Assembly (NCBI GenBank): GCA_950097015.1
Contig: CATNEN010000029.1
Location: forward strand, 7,006,001 to 7,070,000
Direction of reading: 5' to 3'
Origin: Macrostomum hystrix
Lineage: Eukaryota; Animalia; Platyhelminthes
Length of the DNA stretch: 64,000 nt
The position numbers were made by a program, and so were the translations under genes. The notes beneath the pieces were generated by a model. That model was not told the DNA's origin and made no database searches. It saw only the letters and a list, made by a program, of their open reading frames with translations. Of the stretch, positions 38,921 to 51,100 are shown one piece after another (the stretch's first letter is position 1; each line of letters begins with the position of its first letter).

Positions 38921-39594
38921 GTTGGTCTTTAGGGCCTAGTTTGGTGGATTTGTTCTGCTTTGGCTCTTAGCTTTAAGATGTTAAAGTTTCTTCATTTAGA
39001 CTTACAAAGTTCCTATTAAATAATTATTCCCATTTTCCCGCAAGCCTTGAACTAGCAGGTCTAGTTGTCTGACTGATAAAATACACTAAAAAGCATTAAT
39101 GAGTGATTGCCTTTCGAAAAAAACTACCGAGTTTAACAAACTCGCAAAGCATGACGCCGACAAAGACTATAAGATTGGATAAGAATCTTCTTTTTGTTTC
39201 GGGCAATAAAGCGTCACAAAAGGCAATACCGATTGACCCTGCAGTGTCGCAAGTGGCTGAATGGATAAATTTCACCCTAGTAAAGGTCTATGCAAACTAA
39301 GTCACTCAAGTGACCAAAAGGAATATTTTCTGCGTTTTTGTCGAAATAAATAACACAGCAGCCAGCTACCAGGTGAATGAAAGCTTACATCACTCTCATA
39401 TACGATAGTTCAGTATGAAGTTTTCCCAATTAATAAATTCTCCACCGTTATAAGTGTTTTTTTCCTATTTAGCCATCATAAAGTCAGCAAGCCAGTGTCC
39501 ACTCTTTGATAGGATTTTTTGACAATGGTCATAAATTAGACCGCTGTGTATACAGCTTTAAAGGGGCCGGTTTTTCTTTTCATCTCAGCCGTCT

Positions 39595-40474
39595 TTGTTT
39601 GAAGTCATAATTTTCCTTCTATATTTATATTTTCTTTAGATTCAGTTCAATTTCAATCCTGCCTGACAAAGAATGCGCGGCCTGAATTTTATTTTAAGGG
39701 CGCCGCATTTTTGTGATAAAACTAATGGGGAAGGATGTGGACAATGAAACTGACCAATAATTCAGAGTTGAGATTCTACTCATTGAGTCATTGAGATTCT
39801 ACTCATTGAGTCATTGATATTCTACTCATTGAGTCATTGAGATTCTACTCATTGAGTCATTGATATTCTACTCATTGAGTCATTGAGATTTTACACATTG
39901 AGTCATGAAGATTCTATTCATTGAGTCATTGAGATTCTACTCATTGAGTCATTGATATTCTACTAATTGAGTCATTGAGACTTTACTCATTGAGTCATGA
40001 AGACTCTACTTATTGAGTCATTGAGATTCTACTCATTGAGTCATTGAGACTTTACTCATTGAGTCATGAAGATTGTACTCATTGAGTCATGAAGATTGTA
40101 CTCATTGAGTCATTGAGAGTCTACTCATTGTGTCATGGAGATTCTACTCATTGAGTCATGGGGATTCTACTCATTGAGTCATGGAGATTGTACTCATTGA
40201 GTCATGGAGATTGTACTCATTGAGTCATGGAGATTATACTCATTGAGTCATGGAGATTGTGTTTCAAGGTCGCGAGACACTTCAGTAGCAATTTGGCTTA
40301 AGAAACATTCATGTAGATCTGTGAATTCTATTTGCTAAATGCTGTCATAACCCCGCTAACAATGACCTTCAAAGCAGCTTTATTCAGGCCGTGCATTCTT
40401 TGTCAGGCGGGCTTGAAATTGAACTGAATCTAAAGAAAATATAAATACATAAGAAAAATTATGACTTCAAAACA
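39595..40474. mobile_element. Inverted-repeat (MITE-like) element with ~92-nt inverted repeats enclosing a 23-nt array
   Basis: 39595-39686 (TGTTTGAAGTCATAATTTT..TTAGATTCAGTTCAATTTCAA..CCTGACAAAGAATGCGCGGCCTGAA) is the reverse complement of 40382-40474, with few mismatches. The internal array 39770-40260 has unit GAGATTCTACTCATTGAGTCATT. Confidence 0.78.
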
Positions 40475-41009
40475 GCACAGTTTTGCCTTAAACATCACCC
40501 AAAGCTGTCACGGAAATTACTGTTCATTTGCAAAGTTTTGCAATCACCAAAAGCACCCGCGGCCGTCAGCTAACTATTAAAAGCAATATGCCCTTTGTGG
40601 CTCTTCTTCAAAAAAGCAGACAAACAGGGAAATGCACGACTGCCGCCAAGAAATCTTTCCTTCAAACTCCGCCGACAAAATCTTGCTCAAATTCAAAAGC
40701 AAGGATGAGACAAAGGAATGGAATTGTTTCCTTACAGTTTTTGTGCCGTCTTTTTTATAGTTGCCAACTGTGGCAAATCTCGCCTTTGTTGTCGAAAAGC
40801 GCCACAACATCAAACATGCATTTTTTGAAATGCTCCGTTTGAATAAAAAATGCTGCTTTATGACAAAAGACACTTTTATTTCTGACATTGCGAACTGGGA
40901 TTGACTTAGCAAATTATTTTGTTAAAATAAACATATGAACAAAAAATGATTTGCAACCGGATAGTTGCTCAGTAGTTTCATCCTGCGGGTGAAACAACAC
41001 AGATATATA

Positions 41010-42095
41010 TTTCCCTCAGGACCTCAGGGGAACAGTGTCCCTCAGGACTTCAGGGGAACAGTATTCCTCAGGACCTCAGGGGAACAGTGTCCCCTCAGGA
41101 CTTCAGGGAACAGTGTCCCCTCAGGACTTCAGGGAACAGTGTTCCCTCAGGACTTCAGGGAACAGTGTCCCCTCAGGACTTCAGGGCAACAGTATTCCAC
41201 AGGACTTCAGGGGAACATTATCCCTCAGGACTACAGGGTAACAGTATTCCTCAGGACTTCAGGGAACAGCATTCCGCAGGATTCAGGGAACAGTATCCCT
41301 CAGGACTACAAGGGAACAGTATTCCGCAGGACTTCAGGGGAACAGTATCCCTCAGGACTTCAGGGGAACAGTATTTCTCAGAATTTCAGGGGAACAGTGT
41401 CCCCTCAGGACTTCAGGGAACAGTGTCCCCTCAGGACTTCAGGGAACAGTGTCCCCTCAGGACTTCAGGGAACAGTGTCCCCTCAGGACTTCAGGGAACA
41501 GTGTCCTCTCAGGACTTCAGGGAACAGTGTCCCCTCAGGACTTCAGGGAACAGTGTCCCCTCAGGACTTCAGGGAACAGTGTCCCCTCAGGACTTCAGGG
41601 AACAGTGTCCCCTCAGGACTTCAGGGAACAGTGTCCCCTCAGGACTTCAGGGAACAGTGTCCTCTCAGGACTTCAGGGAACAGTGTCCCCTCAGGACTTC
41701 AGGGAACAGTGTCCCCTCAGGACTTCAGGGAACAGTGTCCCCTCAGGACTTCAGGGAACAGTGTCCCCTCAGGACTTCAGGGAACAGTGTCCTCTCAGGA
41801 CTTCAGGGAACAGTGTCCCCTCAGGACTTCAGGGAACAGTGTCCCCTCAGGACTTCAGGGAACAGTGTCCCCTCAGGACTTCAGGGAACAGTGTCCCCTC
41901 AGGACTTCAGGGAACAGTGTCCCCTCAGGACTTCAGGGAACAGTGTCCCCTCAGGACTTCAGGGAACAGTGTCCCCTCAGGACTTCAGGGAACAGTGTCC
42001 CCTCAGGACTTCAGGGAACAGTGTCCCCTCAGGACTTCAGGGAACAGTGTCCCCTCAGGACTTCAGGGAACAGTGTCCGCTGAGGACTTCAGGGA
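41010..42095. repeat. 26-nt minisatellite (CCTCAGGACTTCAGGGAACAGTGTCC)
   Basis: Degenerate at the 5' end and homogeneous at the 3' end. It explains ORFs with a 26-aa periodicity. Confidence 0.97.
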
Positions 42096-42654
42096 ACTCA
42101 CAAATAATTGAGTCTTAATTAAAGCAGACTAAACAACAGGCAGAAAACTTTCCTGGCCGAAATGAATGAAAAAAGCATGAAACAAACTTTATAATCTGGC
42201 AGGGCAAGGCTAATGCTGTGATCTGTTCGTCCGACAACGAGGCCCATTGCTTTAACCATATTTTCTTGATTTATGAACCGGAAGAAAGCCAAGAAAAAGC
42301 TTTCCGATTCATGGTTAGGAAATGTTCAATGCTTGTCATAATCTGCATATTTGCTTATAGTTTGATGTTTCTAAATTTTCCTTTTTCTATGAAGTGAAAG
42401 ATTGGTGTTAAATTACGAAATTCGGCCCTATCAAAAGGGTCAATGTCCTGTGTAGTGAACAAACAGCAATGTATGTTCACAGTTAAATATCGAAATATAA
42501 TAGTTTTTTGTTATGCTCCGATGCTTGTTTTCCAAGTCCTTTGTTACTTTTAATTTAGAATTGCAACAATTGTTTAACCGTTTGCTGCCTTTTCATTTTG
42601 GCAACTGCTTTGAAAACATTATTCACTCTGAAAGAATATTTTCAAAAGCCATTC

Positions 42655-45000
42655 ACAAGTCACGGAAAGGAGGCTATAGACAGTCACGGGAAGGAGGCAG
42701 TGGACAGTCACGGGAAGGAGGCAGTGGACAGTCACGGGAAGGAGGCAGTGGACAGTCACGGGAAGGAGGCAGTGGACAGTCACGAGAAGGAGGCAGTGGA
42801 CAGTCACGGGAAGGAGGCTATAGACAGTCACGAGAAGGAGGCAGTGGACAGTCACGAGAAGGAGGCAGTGGACAGTCACGAGAAGGAGGCAGTGGACAGT
42901 CACGGGAAGGAGGCTATAGACAGTCACGAGAAGGAGGCAGTGGACAGTCACGGGAAGGAGGCTATAGACAGTCACGAGAAGGAGGCAGTGGACAGTCACG
43001 AGAAGGAGGCAGTGGACAGTCACGAGAAGGAGGCAGTGGACAGTCACGGGAAGGAGGCTATAGACAGTCACGAGAAGGAGGCAGTGGACAGTCACGAGAA
43101 GGAGGCAGTGGACAGTCACGAGAAGGAGGCAGTGGACAGTCACGAGAAGGAGGCAGTGGACAGTCACGGGAAGGAGGCTATAGACAGTCACGAGAAGGAG
43201 GCTATAGACAGTCACGAGAAGGAGGCTATAGACAGTCACGGGAAGGAGGCTATAGACAGTCACGGGAAGGAGGCTATAGACAGTCACGGGAAGGAGGCTA
43301 TAGACAGTCACGGGAAGGAGGCTATAGACAGTCACAGGAAGGAGGCAGTGGACAGTCACGGGAAGGAGGCTATAGACAGTCACGGGAAGGAGGCTATAGA
43401 CAGTCACGGGAAGGAGGCTATAGACAGTCACGGGAAGGAGGCTATAGACAGTCACGAGAAGGAGGCAGTGGACAGTCACGGAAAGGAGGCTATAGACAGT
43501 CACGGGAAGGAGGCTATAGACAGTCACGGGAAGGAGGCTATATAGACAGTCACAGGAAGGAGGCTATAGACAGTCACGGGAAGGAGGCTATAGACAGTCA
43601 CGGGAAGGAGGCAGTGGAGAGGCACGGGAAGGAGGCAGTGGACAGTCACGGGAAGGAGGCAGTGGACAGTCACGGAAAGGAGGCTATAGACAGTCACGAG
43701 AAGGAGGCTATAGACAGTCACGAGAAGGAGGCAGTGGACAGTCACGAGAAGGAGGCAGTGGACAGTCACGAGAAGGAGGCAGTGGACAGTCACGAGAAGG
43801 AGGCAGTGGACAGTCACGGAAAGGAGGCTATAGACAGTCACGAGAAGGAGGCTATAGACAGTCACGAGAAGGAGGCAGTGGACAGTCACGAGAAGGAGGC
43901 AGTGGACAGTCACGGGAAGGAGGCAGTGGACAGTCACGGGAAGGAGGCAGTGGACAGTCACGAGAAGGAGGCAGTGGACAGTCACGAGAAGGAGGCAGTG
44001 GACAGTCACGGGAAGGAGGCAGTGGACAGTCACGGAAAGGAGGCTATAGACAGTCACGAGAAGGAGGCTATAGACAGTCACGAGAAGGAGGCAGTGGACA
44101 GTCACGAGAAGGAGGCAGTGGACAGTCACGGGAAGGAGGCAGTGGACAGTCACGGGAAGGAGGCAGTGGACAGTCACGAGAAGGAGGCAGTGGACAGTCA
44201 CGGGAAGGAGGCAGTGGATAGTCACGGGAAGGAGGCAGTGGACAGTCACGAGAAGTAGGCAGTGGACAGTCACGGGAAGGAGGCAGTGGACAGTCATGGG
44301 AAGGAGACAGTGGACAGTCACGGGAAGGAGGCAGTGGACAGTCACGGGAAGGAGGCAGTGGACAGTCACGGGAAGGAGGCTATAGACATTCACGAGAAGG
44401 AGGCAGTGGACAGTCACGAGAAGGAGGCAGTGGACAGTCACGAGAAGGAGGCAGTGGACAGTCACGAGAAGGAGGCAGTGGACAGTCACGAGAAGGAGGC
44501 AGTGGACAGTCACGGGAAGGAGGCAGTGGACAGTCACGGAAAGGAGGCAGTGGACAGTCACGAGAAGGAGGCAGTGGACAGTCACGGGAAGGAGGCAGTG
44601 GACAGTCACGGGAAGGAGGCAGTGGACAGTCACGGGAAGGAGGCAGTGGACAGTCACGAGAAGGAGGCAGTGGACAGTCACGGGAAGGAGGCAGTGGATA
44701 GTCACGGGAAGGAGGCAGTGGACAGTCACGGGAAGGAGGCAGTGGACAGTCACGGGAAGGAGGCAGTGGACAGTCACGGGAAGGAGGCAGTGGACAGTCA
44801 CGGGAAGGAGGCAGTGGACAGTCACGGGAAGGAGGCAGTGGACAGTCACGAGAAGGAGGCAGTGGACAGTCACGGGAAGGAGGCAGTGGACAGTCACGGG
44901 AAGGAGGCAGTGGACAGTCACGGGAAGGAGGCAGTGGACAGTCACGGGAAGGAGGCAGTGGATAGTCACGGGAAGGAGGCAGTGCTAGGAGAGTCACGGG
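42655..45000. repeat. 24-nt purine-rich minisatellite (CAGTCACGGGAAGGAGGCAGTGGA), ~97 copies
   Basis: Read directly, with GCAGTG/GCTATA and GGG/GAG variants. The in-frame unit explains the VDSHGKEA and GQSREGGS ORFs. Confidence 0.97.
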
Positions 45001-45609
45001 AAGGAGTGATCTGCATAAATATTTTATTTTCCGGGTGACCCAGAGAATAGGAAAAAAAACTCATACATTTTTTTCATAATAATTATTTTGTAATAAATAC
45101 ATTTCATTTTGAACTCACAACAAAAATTTGCAATCAGTTTCCAGGCCAAAATAGATTCTTTGAGTTTTATTCAGCCGGAAATCAAATCAAAGAGTTCTAC
45201 AGGCCAATTAGCACTATTCGGCCAGCAGCTGTGCATAACTGGCAACCGCCTGTTCTGGTCGCCTTAAGTCTTTTGGATTTTTTAATTGCTTCAAACTGTC
45301 CCCACCCCCGAATCCCGAAGAAAATTGCGCTACCCATTCGCGTTTCTGGCTCTTCTTCGGCACCTAGAAATAGGTAAAATCTCAATTGAGCAGGTGCGTT
45401 TTGGGCCGATGCAAGAGGTAAAGTTGCTCCGATTGACAATTTTAACAAAATTACTTCGCGAATTGGGAATAGACTGCTAGCACGTTCGGGAGTTTCGCAT
45501 CTCTGTGAGCCATCTCCACAAGCTAGATTAGGGGAATATGTTTTTTGCCAAAATGCCGACGTCCCGTTTCCCGATACGCAAAACCATATCCCTGATCCTC
45601 ACTCAATAC

Positions 45610-46190
45610 ACAAACCCAGATCCCAAATCCGCAAACCCAGATCCACAATCCACAAACCCAGATCCACAATCCACAAACCCAGATCCACAATCCACAAACC
45701 CAGATCCACAATCAACAAACCCAGATCCACAATCCACAAACCCAGATCCACAATCCACAAACCCAGATCCACAATCAACAAACCCAGATCCACAATTCAC
45801 AAACCCAGATCCCCAATCCACAAGCCCAGATCCCAAATCCACAAGCCCAGATCCTAATTCACAAACCCAGATCCACAATCCGCAAACCCAGATCCACAAT
45901 CCGCAAACCCAGATCCACAATCCACGAACCCAGATCCCAAATCCACAAACCCAGATCCCCAATCCACAAGCCCAGATCCCAAATCCACAAGCCCAGATCC
46001 TAATTCACAAACCCAGATCCACAATCCGCAAACCCAGATCCACAATCCGCAAACCCAGATCCACAATCCACAAGCCCAGATCCACAATCCACAAGCCCAG
46101 ATCCCTAATCCACAAGCCCAGATCCCTAATCCACAAGCCCAGATCCCTAATCCACAAGCCCAGATCCCTAATCCACAAACCCAGATCCTA
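45610..46190. repeat. 21-nt minisatellite (AAACCCAGATCCACAATCCAC) with 20-nt variants
   Basis: Read directly. Confidence 0.95.
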
Positions 46191-46685
46191 TTCTTACAAT
46201 TATGTCAGTTGGAAGTATGTTAGCAAAAGTTATCACAGCTTTCCTGCACTGTAACGCAAAATCCATTTGAAAAGTCAATGTCGACCTTCATTCAGCTGAG
46301 AAATTCTCTTTAGCAAACAATTGGAACACTGAAACAGCGTTTGCAAAAAAGCAAACTTTTTCAGTCTAAAAAAGTTAGAGTCAAATTTCCGCTGGGTGGG
46401 AAATTCGTTTAGCTGCTGTTGGCTGCTAATGAAAACAAACTAAGCAAAAGTGGATTTTGTTATTTAATATTGAATTTCTCTGTTCTGAACTGTAACAAAA
46501 ATCACATCTGCACGCAGTTCTTTTTATAAAAATGAATTTATTTTGTTTTTTGTGTATCACAATTTGTGCCAGCCCATATTAGGGACCTTGGGAGTGCTGC
46601 GTCTCATTGTGCCATGCGGTTACTGGCAGCATATCTGCGCTGTGCGCTGCCGAGTCTATTGACACACTGCTACAATTCAGAGCTA

Positions 46686-46731
<46 letters not shown>
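46686..46731. repeat. (GCT)n microsatellite, ~15 units
   Basis: Pure GCT run. Confidence 0.95.
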
Positions 46732-46732
<1 letters not shown>

Positions 46733-47169
46733 ACATAGCATAAAGTCGAAGGGGTTCTATGCTGTGCTAACTTTCTTACCGCAAAAAGCTTCATCGAGTC
46801 GAAGTTTTAGTTGAGAAATTCGACTCAGTTTTACTGTTAGGACAAAAAGCAGACCAGATGCTTGCGTTCAAATATTTCTGACAACATTCTTTTGGTCTTC
46901 TGACCATATTGTGCAGTTTGATGTCACTAGTGTGTCTTTAAGTGTTAGGAGTGGGTCATCATGTGTCAGTAGCAGCTCATTAGTGTTAAGTTAAGGCAAC
47001 TCAGTTAGGTTTGATGTCTGAGGAAAACTCTCAGAGCCTTAGCTGGCCCAATCAATTGAATATATATTTGAGTGCGACGTGCGCGTGAGAGGGACAATCA
47101 GTTCGTGAACTGTCTAACGATGTACACAAGACCGCGATACATAACAATTAGATGTCGCGAATTAGTCAT

Positions 47170-47600
47170 TAGGTATCAGGAGTTGGTCATTAGGTGTAAG
47201 GAGTTGGTCATTAGGTGTCAGGAGTTGGTCATTAGGTGTCAGGAGTTGGTCATTAGGTGTCAGGAGTTGGTCATTAGGTGTCGCGATTTGGTCATTGGGT
47301 ATCAGGGGTAGGTCATCATGTGTCAGGAGTAGGTCAGGGTGTTAGGGGTAGGTCATCATGTGTCAGGAGTAGGTCAGGGTGTTAGGGGTAGGTCATCATG
47401 TGTCAGGAGTAGGTCAGGGTGTCAGGGGTAGGTCATCATGTGTCAGGAGTAGGTCAGGGTGTTAGGGGTAGGTCATCATGTGTCAGGAGTCGGTCAGGGT
47501 GTCAGTGGTAGGTCATCATGTGTCAGGAGTAGGTCAGGGTGTCAGTGGTAGGTCATCATGTGTCAGGAGTAGGTCAGGGTGTTAGGGTTAGGTCATAAGG
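47170..47600. repeat. 21-nt minisatellite (GGTCATTAGGTGTCAGGAGTT) evolving into a 40-nt dimer
   Basis: Same family as 49960-50480. Confidence 0.9.
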
Positions 47601-47928
47601 TGTTTGGATACGGATCAGAATATGTCCAGTTTAAAATTTCACCTTTTGAAGTAGCCAAGCGTTTATAAACAAATTTAGCCATTGAACTAACCAGTATTTT
47701 ATTTGTTTGGGTATAATTTTAGTGGCGTTCAAATTTTAATCAAGGGCTTTGAGCTAAGTGTGATTTTAATTATCGGCTGTGAATAACTAAATCGTACGTA
47801 ACGCCTCACTAATGCTTAAAAAGCGGATTGAGATTCTAGCCAAAGCAGAGAAAACTATTGTAGTTAATTAGGAGAATTTTAGGAATAGGTAAAGTCCGAA
47901 AAACACAATTAATGTCCTGAAGATGAGC

Positions 47929-47929
<1 letters not shown>

Positions 47930-47963
<34 letters not shown>

Positions 47964-48110
47964 CTATGGCAGACAGACAGACAGACAGACAGACACTATG
48001 GCAGACAGACAGACAGACAGACGACAGACAGGCAGGCAGGCAGGCAGGTTGGCAGACAGACAGGCAGGTAGGTAGGCAGACAGACAGAGACAGACAGACA
48101 GACATGCGAA

Positions 48111-48142
<32 letters not shown>

Positions 48143-48154
48143 CCAAGGTCAAGG
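47930..48154. repeat. (GACA)n/(GGCA)n and (AAGGTC)n microsatellites abutting the NPLTG-gene stop codon
   Basis: Read directly. The AAGGTC run ends at the base adjacent to the minus-strand TGA. Confidence 0.93.
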
Positions 48155-51100
48155 TCAGCATCTATTGCCGCCCCGTTGTTCCCGGTGCACATCAAAGCTG
48201 GCCAGATTGTCGCCGGTCAGAGGATTTCCTCGGGCTGACGACGGCGTTGGCGGAGGCCGCTTCTCGCCGAGGCAAAGTACAAATTGCTGGGAGCCTTCGC
48301 CAGTAACTGGGTTGCTGCGGTCTGCGAAAGGAGAAACGAAAAGTTAGGCCGAAAGCAGGCCGAAACGTAAAGTTTTTTACGAACGTATACTTTAGATCTA
48401 TTCAGTAGCTTTCGTTAGATCTATTCAGTAGCGTTCGTTAGATCTATCGAGTAGCTTTCTGTAGATCTATAGGTTAGTTTTCTGTAGATCTATTGAGTAG
48501 CTTTCTGTAGATCTATTGAGTAGCTTTCTGTAGATCTATTGAGTAGCTTTCTGTAGATCTATTGAGTAGCTTTCTGTAGATCTATTGAGTAGCTTTCTGT
48601 AGATCTATTGAGTAGGTTTCTGTAGATCTATTGAGTAGGTTTCTGTAGATCTATTGAGTAGGTTTCTGTAGATCTATTGAGTAGGTTTCTGTAGATCTAT
48701 TGGTTATCTGTGGTTAGCGGACTCACCAGTCGGCTGAGCAGGCGCCGCCCCGACCCGAGTTTTTTCTTCTACGCTGAGGGTGAATGCCTGGCAGTTTGTG
48801 CCTGTCAGCGGGTTTCTCAAACTGTCTGCAGAAAAAGAATTGAGATCTATACTGCAACAGGATTTTTAAAGAAATTATTTGGCTTTTAAAACAGGTTAGC
48901 ACCCTTCCATCAGGTGCTTCTCTAGATGCATCCTTCAGGTATTGAAGCTTACTCAGATAACACTTCAGTAAAATCCCTCAGGTAACACTTCAGAGACATT
49001 CTTCAGGCAATAATATTTCGTTGGCATTCCTCAGGTAATACTTCAGGCTAATTCTTTATCAGAGCTGTCAAAATCCTCACCCGCTGGTGGCACCGCTGGC
49101 GGTCTTTGCTTAAACTCGGCACAATTATAAGTGTAAGTGGCACAGTTGTCACCAGTTAGCGGGTTGCTGATGGCAGTTGTCTGGCTGACTGAGCAACTGG
49201 AGCCTGATTCTCGAGTCACGCAATTCTCACCGGTCAGAGGATTTCCGCCTGACAGGATAATCGTTTGGGAGACATTACGGCTCCTAGATAATATAGAACA
49301 GCAGATTTTTAAGAAATTTTAATACACTTTTTGTCGTTGTTTTAATTTATTCTGGCTTTTTGTATTTCCTACAAAGTACTTCTTAATATAATTCTGTTCA
49401 TAGAGAAACATCATTTTTCTAGAAAACTTGCTTTTACGAAAGGACTTATGAAATTCTTTGTAGTTTCTTCATTTTTAGTCTTTGTCTTTTTAAAAGTCTA
49501 TGCCAGAAAAAGACAGATTATCTTATTTTAGCGCTCAAATCATACTACTATCGAGATAATTCTCAGTAGTGCATACAGCATGCGCACTGTATTTCATACC
49601 TGAAGTGGGTCTGCTACCGGATTTCACTCGCCGCTCATTGAGTTTCTCAGAAATGGTGTAGCTGCTGCAGTTCTCGCCAGTCAGTGGGTTTGACGCTCTC
49701 TCTGAAATGAAATATCAGGAAGAAAACCTTTTATTTAAAAAGGCTCTGAAGGAAGATGTTAACTTAGCACTATAGGCTCCCAAACTTCCTTACCCAATAG
49801 ATCCGGCGGTCTAGCCGCGGTCTGAGCCCTTCTTAAGTCCCGACTGATGTCGTAGCTCGCCAAGCCATCGCCGGTCAGCGGATTCGCTCGGATCCGTAGC
49901 CGGTCTGAGGGAAGGGTTTGCAGTCTACGCACCTTTAGTCTTGCAGGTGTCAATAGTTTGGTGTCAGGAGTAGGTCATTAGGTGTTAGGAGTGGATATTT
50001 AGGTGTCAAGAGTAGGTAATTAGATGTGTCAGGAGTAGTTCATTAGGTGTCAGGAATATGTCATTAGGTGTCAGAAGTAAGGTCATTAGGTATCAGGAGT
50101 AGGTCATTAGGCGTCAGGAGTAAGGTCATTAGTTGTCAGAAGTAGGTCATTAGGTGTCAGGAGTAGGTCATTAGGTGTCAGGAGTAGGTCATTAGGTGTC
50201 AGGAGTAGGTCATTAGGTGTCAGGAGTAGGTCATTAGGTGTCAGGACTAGGTCATTAGTTGACAGAAGTAGGTCATTAGGTGTCAGGAGTAGGTCATTAG
50301 GTGTCAGGAATAGGTAATTAGGTGTCAGGAGTAGGTCATTAGTTGTCAGAAGTAGGTCATTAGGTGTCAGGAGTAGGTCATTAGTTGTCAGAAGTAGGTC
50401 ATTAGGTGTCAGGAGTAGGTCATTAGGTGTCAGGACTAGGTCATTAGTTGTCAGAAGTAGGTCATTAGTTGTCAGGAGTCGCATATACTCGCACATCGAC
50501 ATGCATGTAGGAAAATTATAAATACAACTGAATAACTTTTTTTTCTGTTATCGTGATTGCAGGTGAAATATTTTTCTAGATCAAATTCAGTGTCGCCATG
50601 GCAACCAACCGGAGTCCGTGGCGGGCAGCTGCCGCAGTCGACCCGCATAGCCGTAGATCGGATCCCATTCCACGCCGAAATCGCCGCTTCCCGCAATGGG
50701 ATTTCGAATCGCTGCGGATGATCAACTGCTGTTGAGTGAGACTTGCATGTACTTTAGCAGAAATACTACCATCCCATATTCTTGCGCCTACCCTGCTCAA
50801 TCCGAGTCTTCCCCGGACGTCCATTCGGTCGGAGATCCTCTGGGTAGTCGTCTGCTGTCGTTATCTCCGACTCCAGCGAATTCTGAACTAAATGTTATAA
50901 ACGAATTGATCACGCAGGTAACACAGCTTCATTCATCTATTCAATATTTATTCACCTTTATCTTTACAAACAAGTTTCCTACTGATGGATGATAAGATCT
51001 CACGCATTCGAGTCACTCACAGACAGTGCTGCTGCTGTTGCTGCTGTTGTTGTTCCTTCGAGAATCGATTCTAGCGAACATCTTCACTTCGTCTCCTAGA

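Noticed and set aside
40965-42118. 343-372 aa plus-strand ORFs
   Set aside because: The 26-nt unit gives the same 26-aa peptide in all frames.
42513-45038. Long VDSHGKEA / GQSREGGS repeat ORFs resembling repetitive structural or adhesive proteins
   Set aside because: The 24-nt unit is open in several frames on both strands, variation is not biased to synonymous sites, and there is no signal peptide or credible unique flanking exon. Transcript data could overturn this.
46566-46814. PolyA (plus) / polyQ (minus) short ORFs
   Set aside because: They are explained by a (GCT)15 microsatellite, and no compatible splice partners were found.
48165-49322. Plus-strand ORFs with repeated SPVTG/SPVRG/SPVSG
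   Set aside because: These are antisense shadows of the minus-strand NPLTG exons. Splice sites and frame continuity support only the minus strand.
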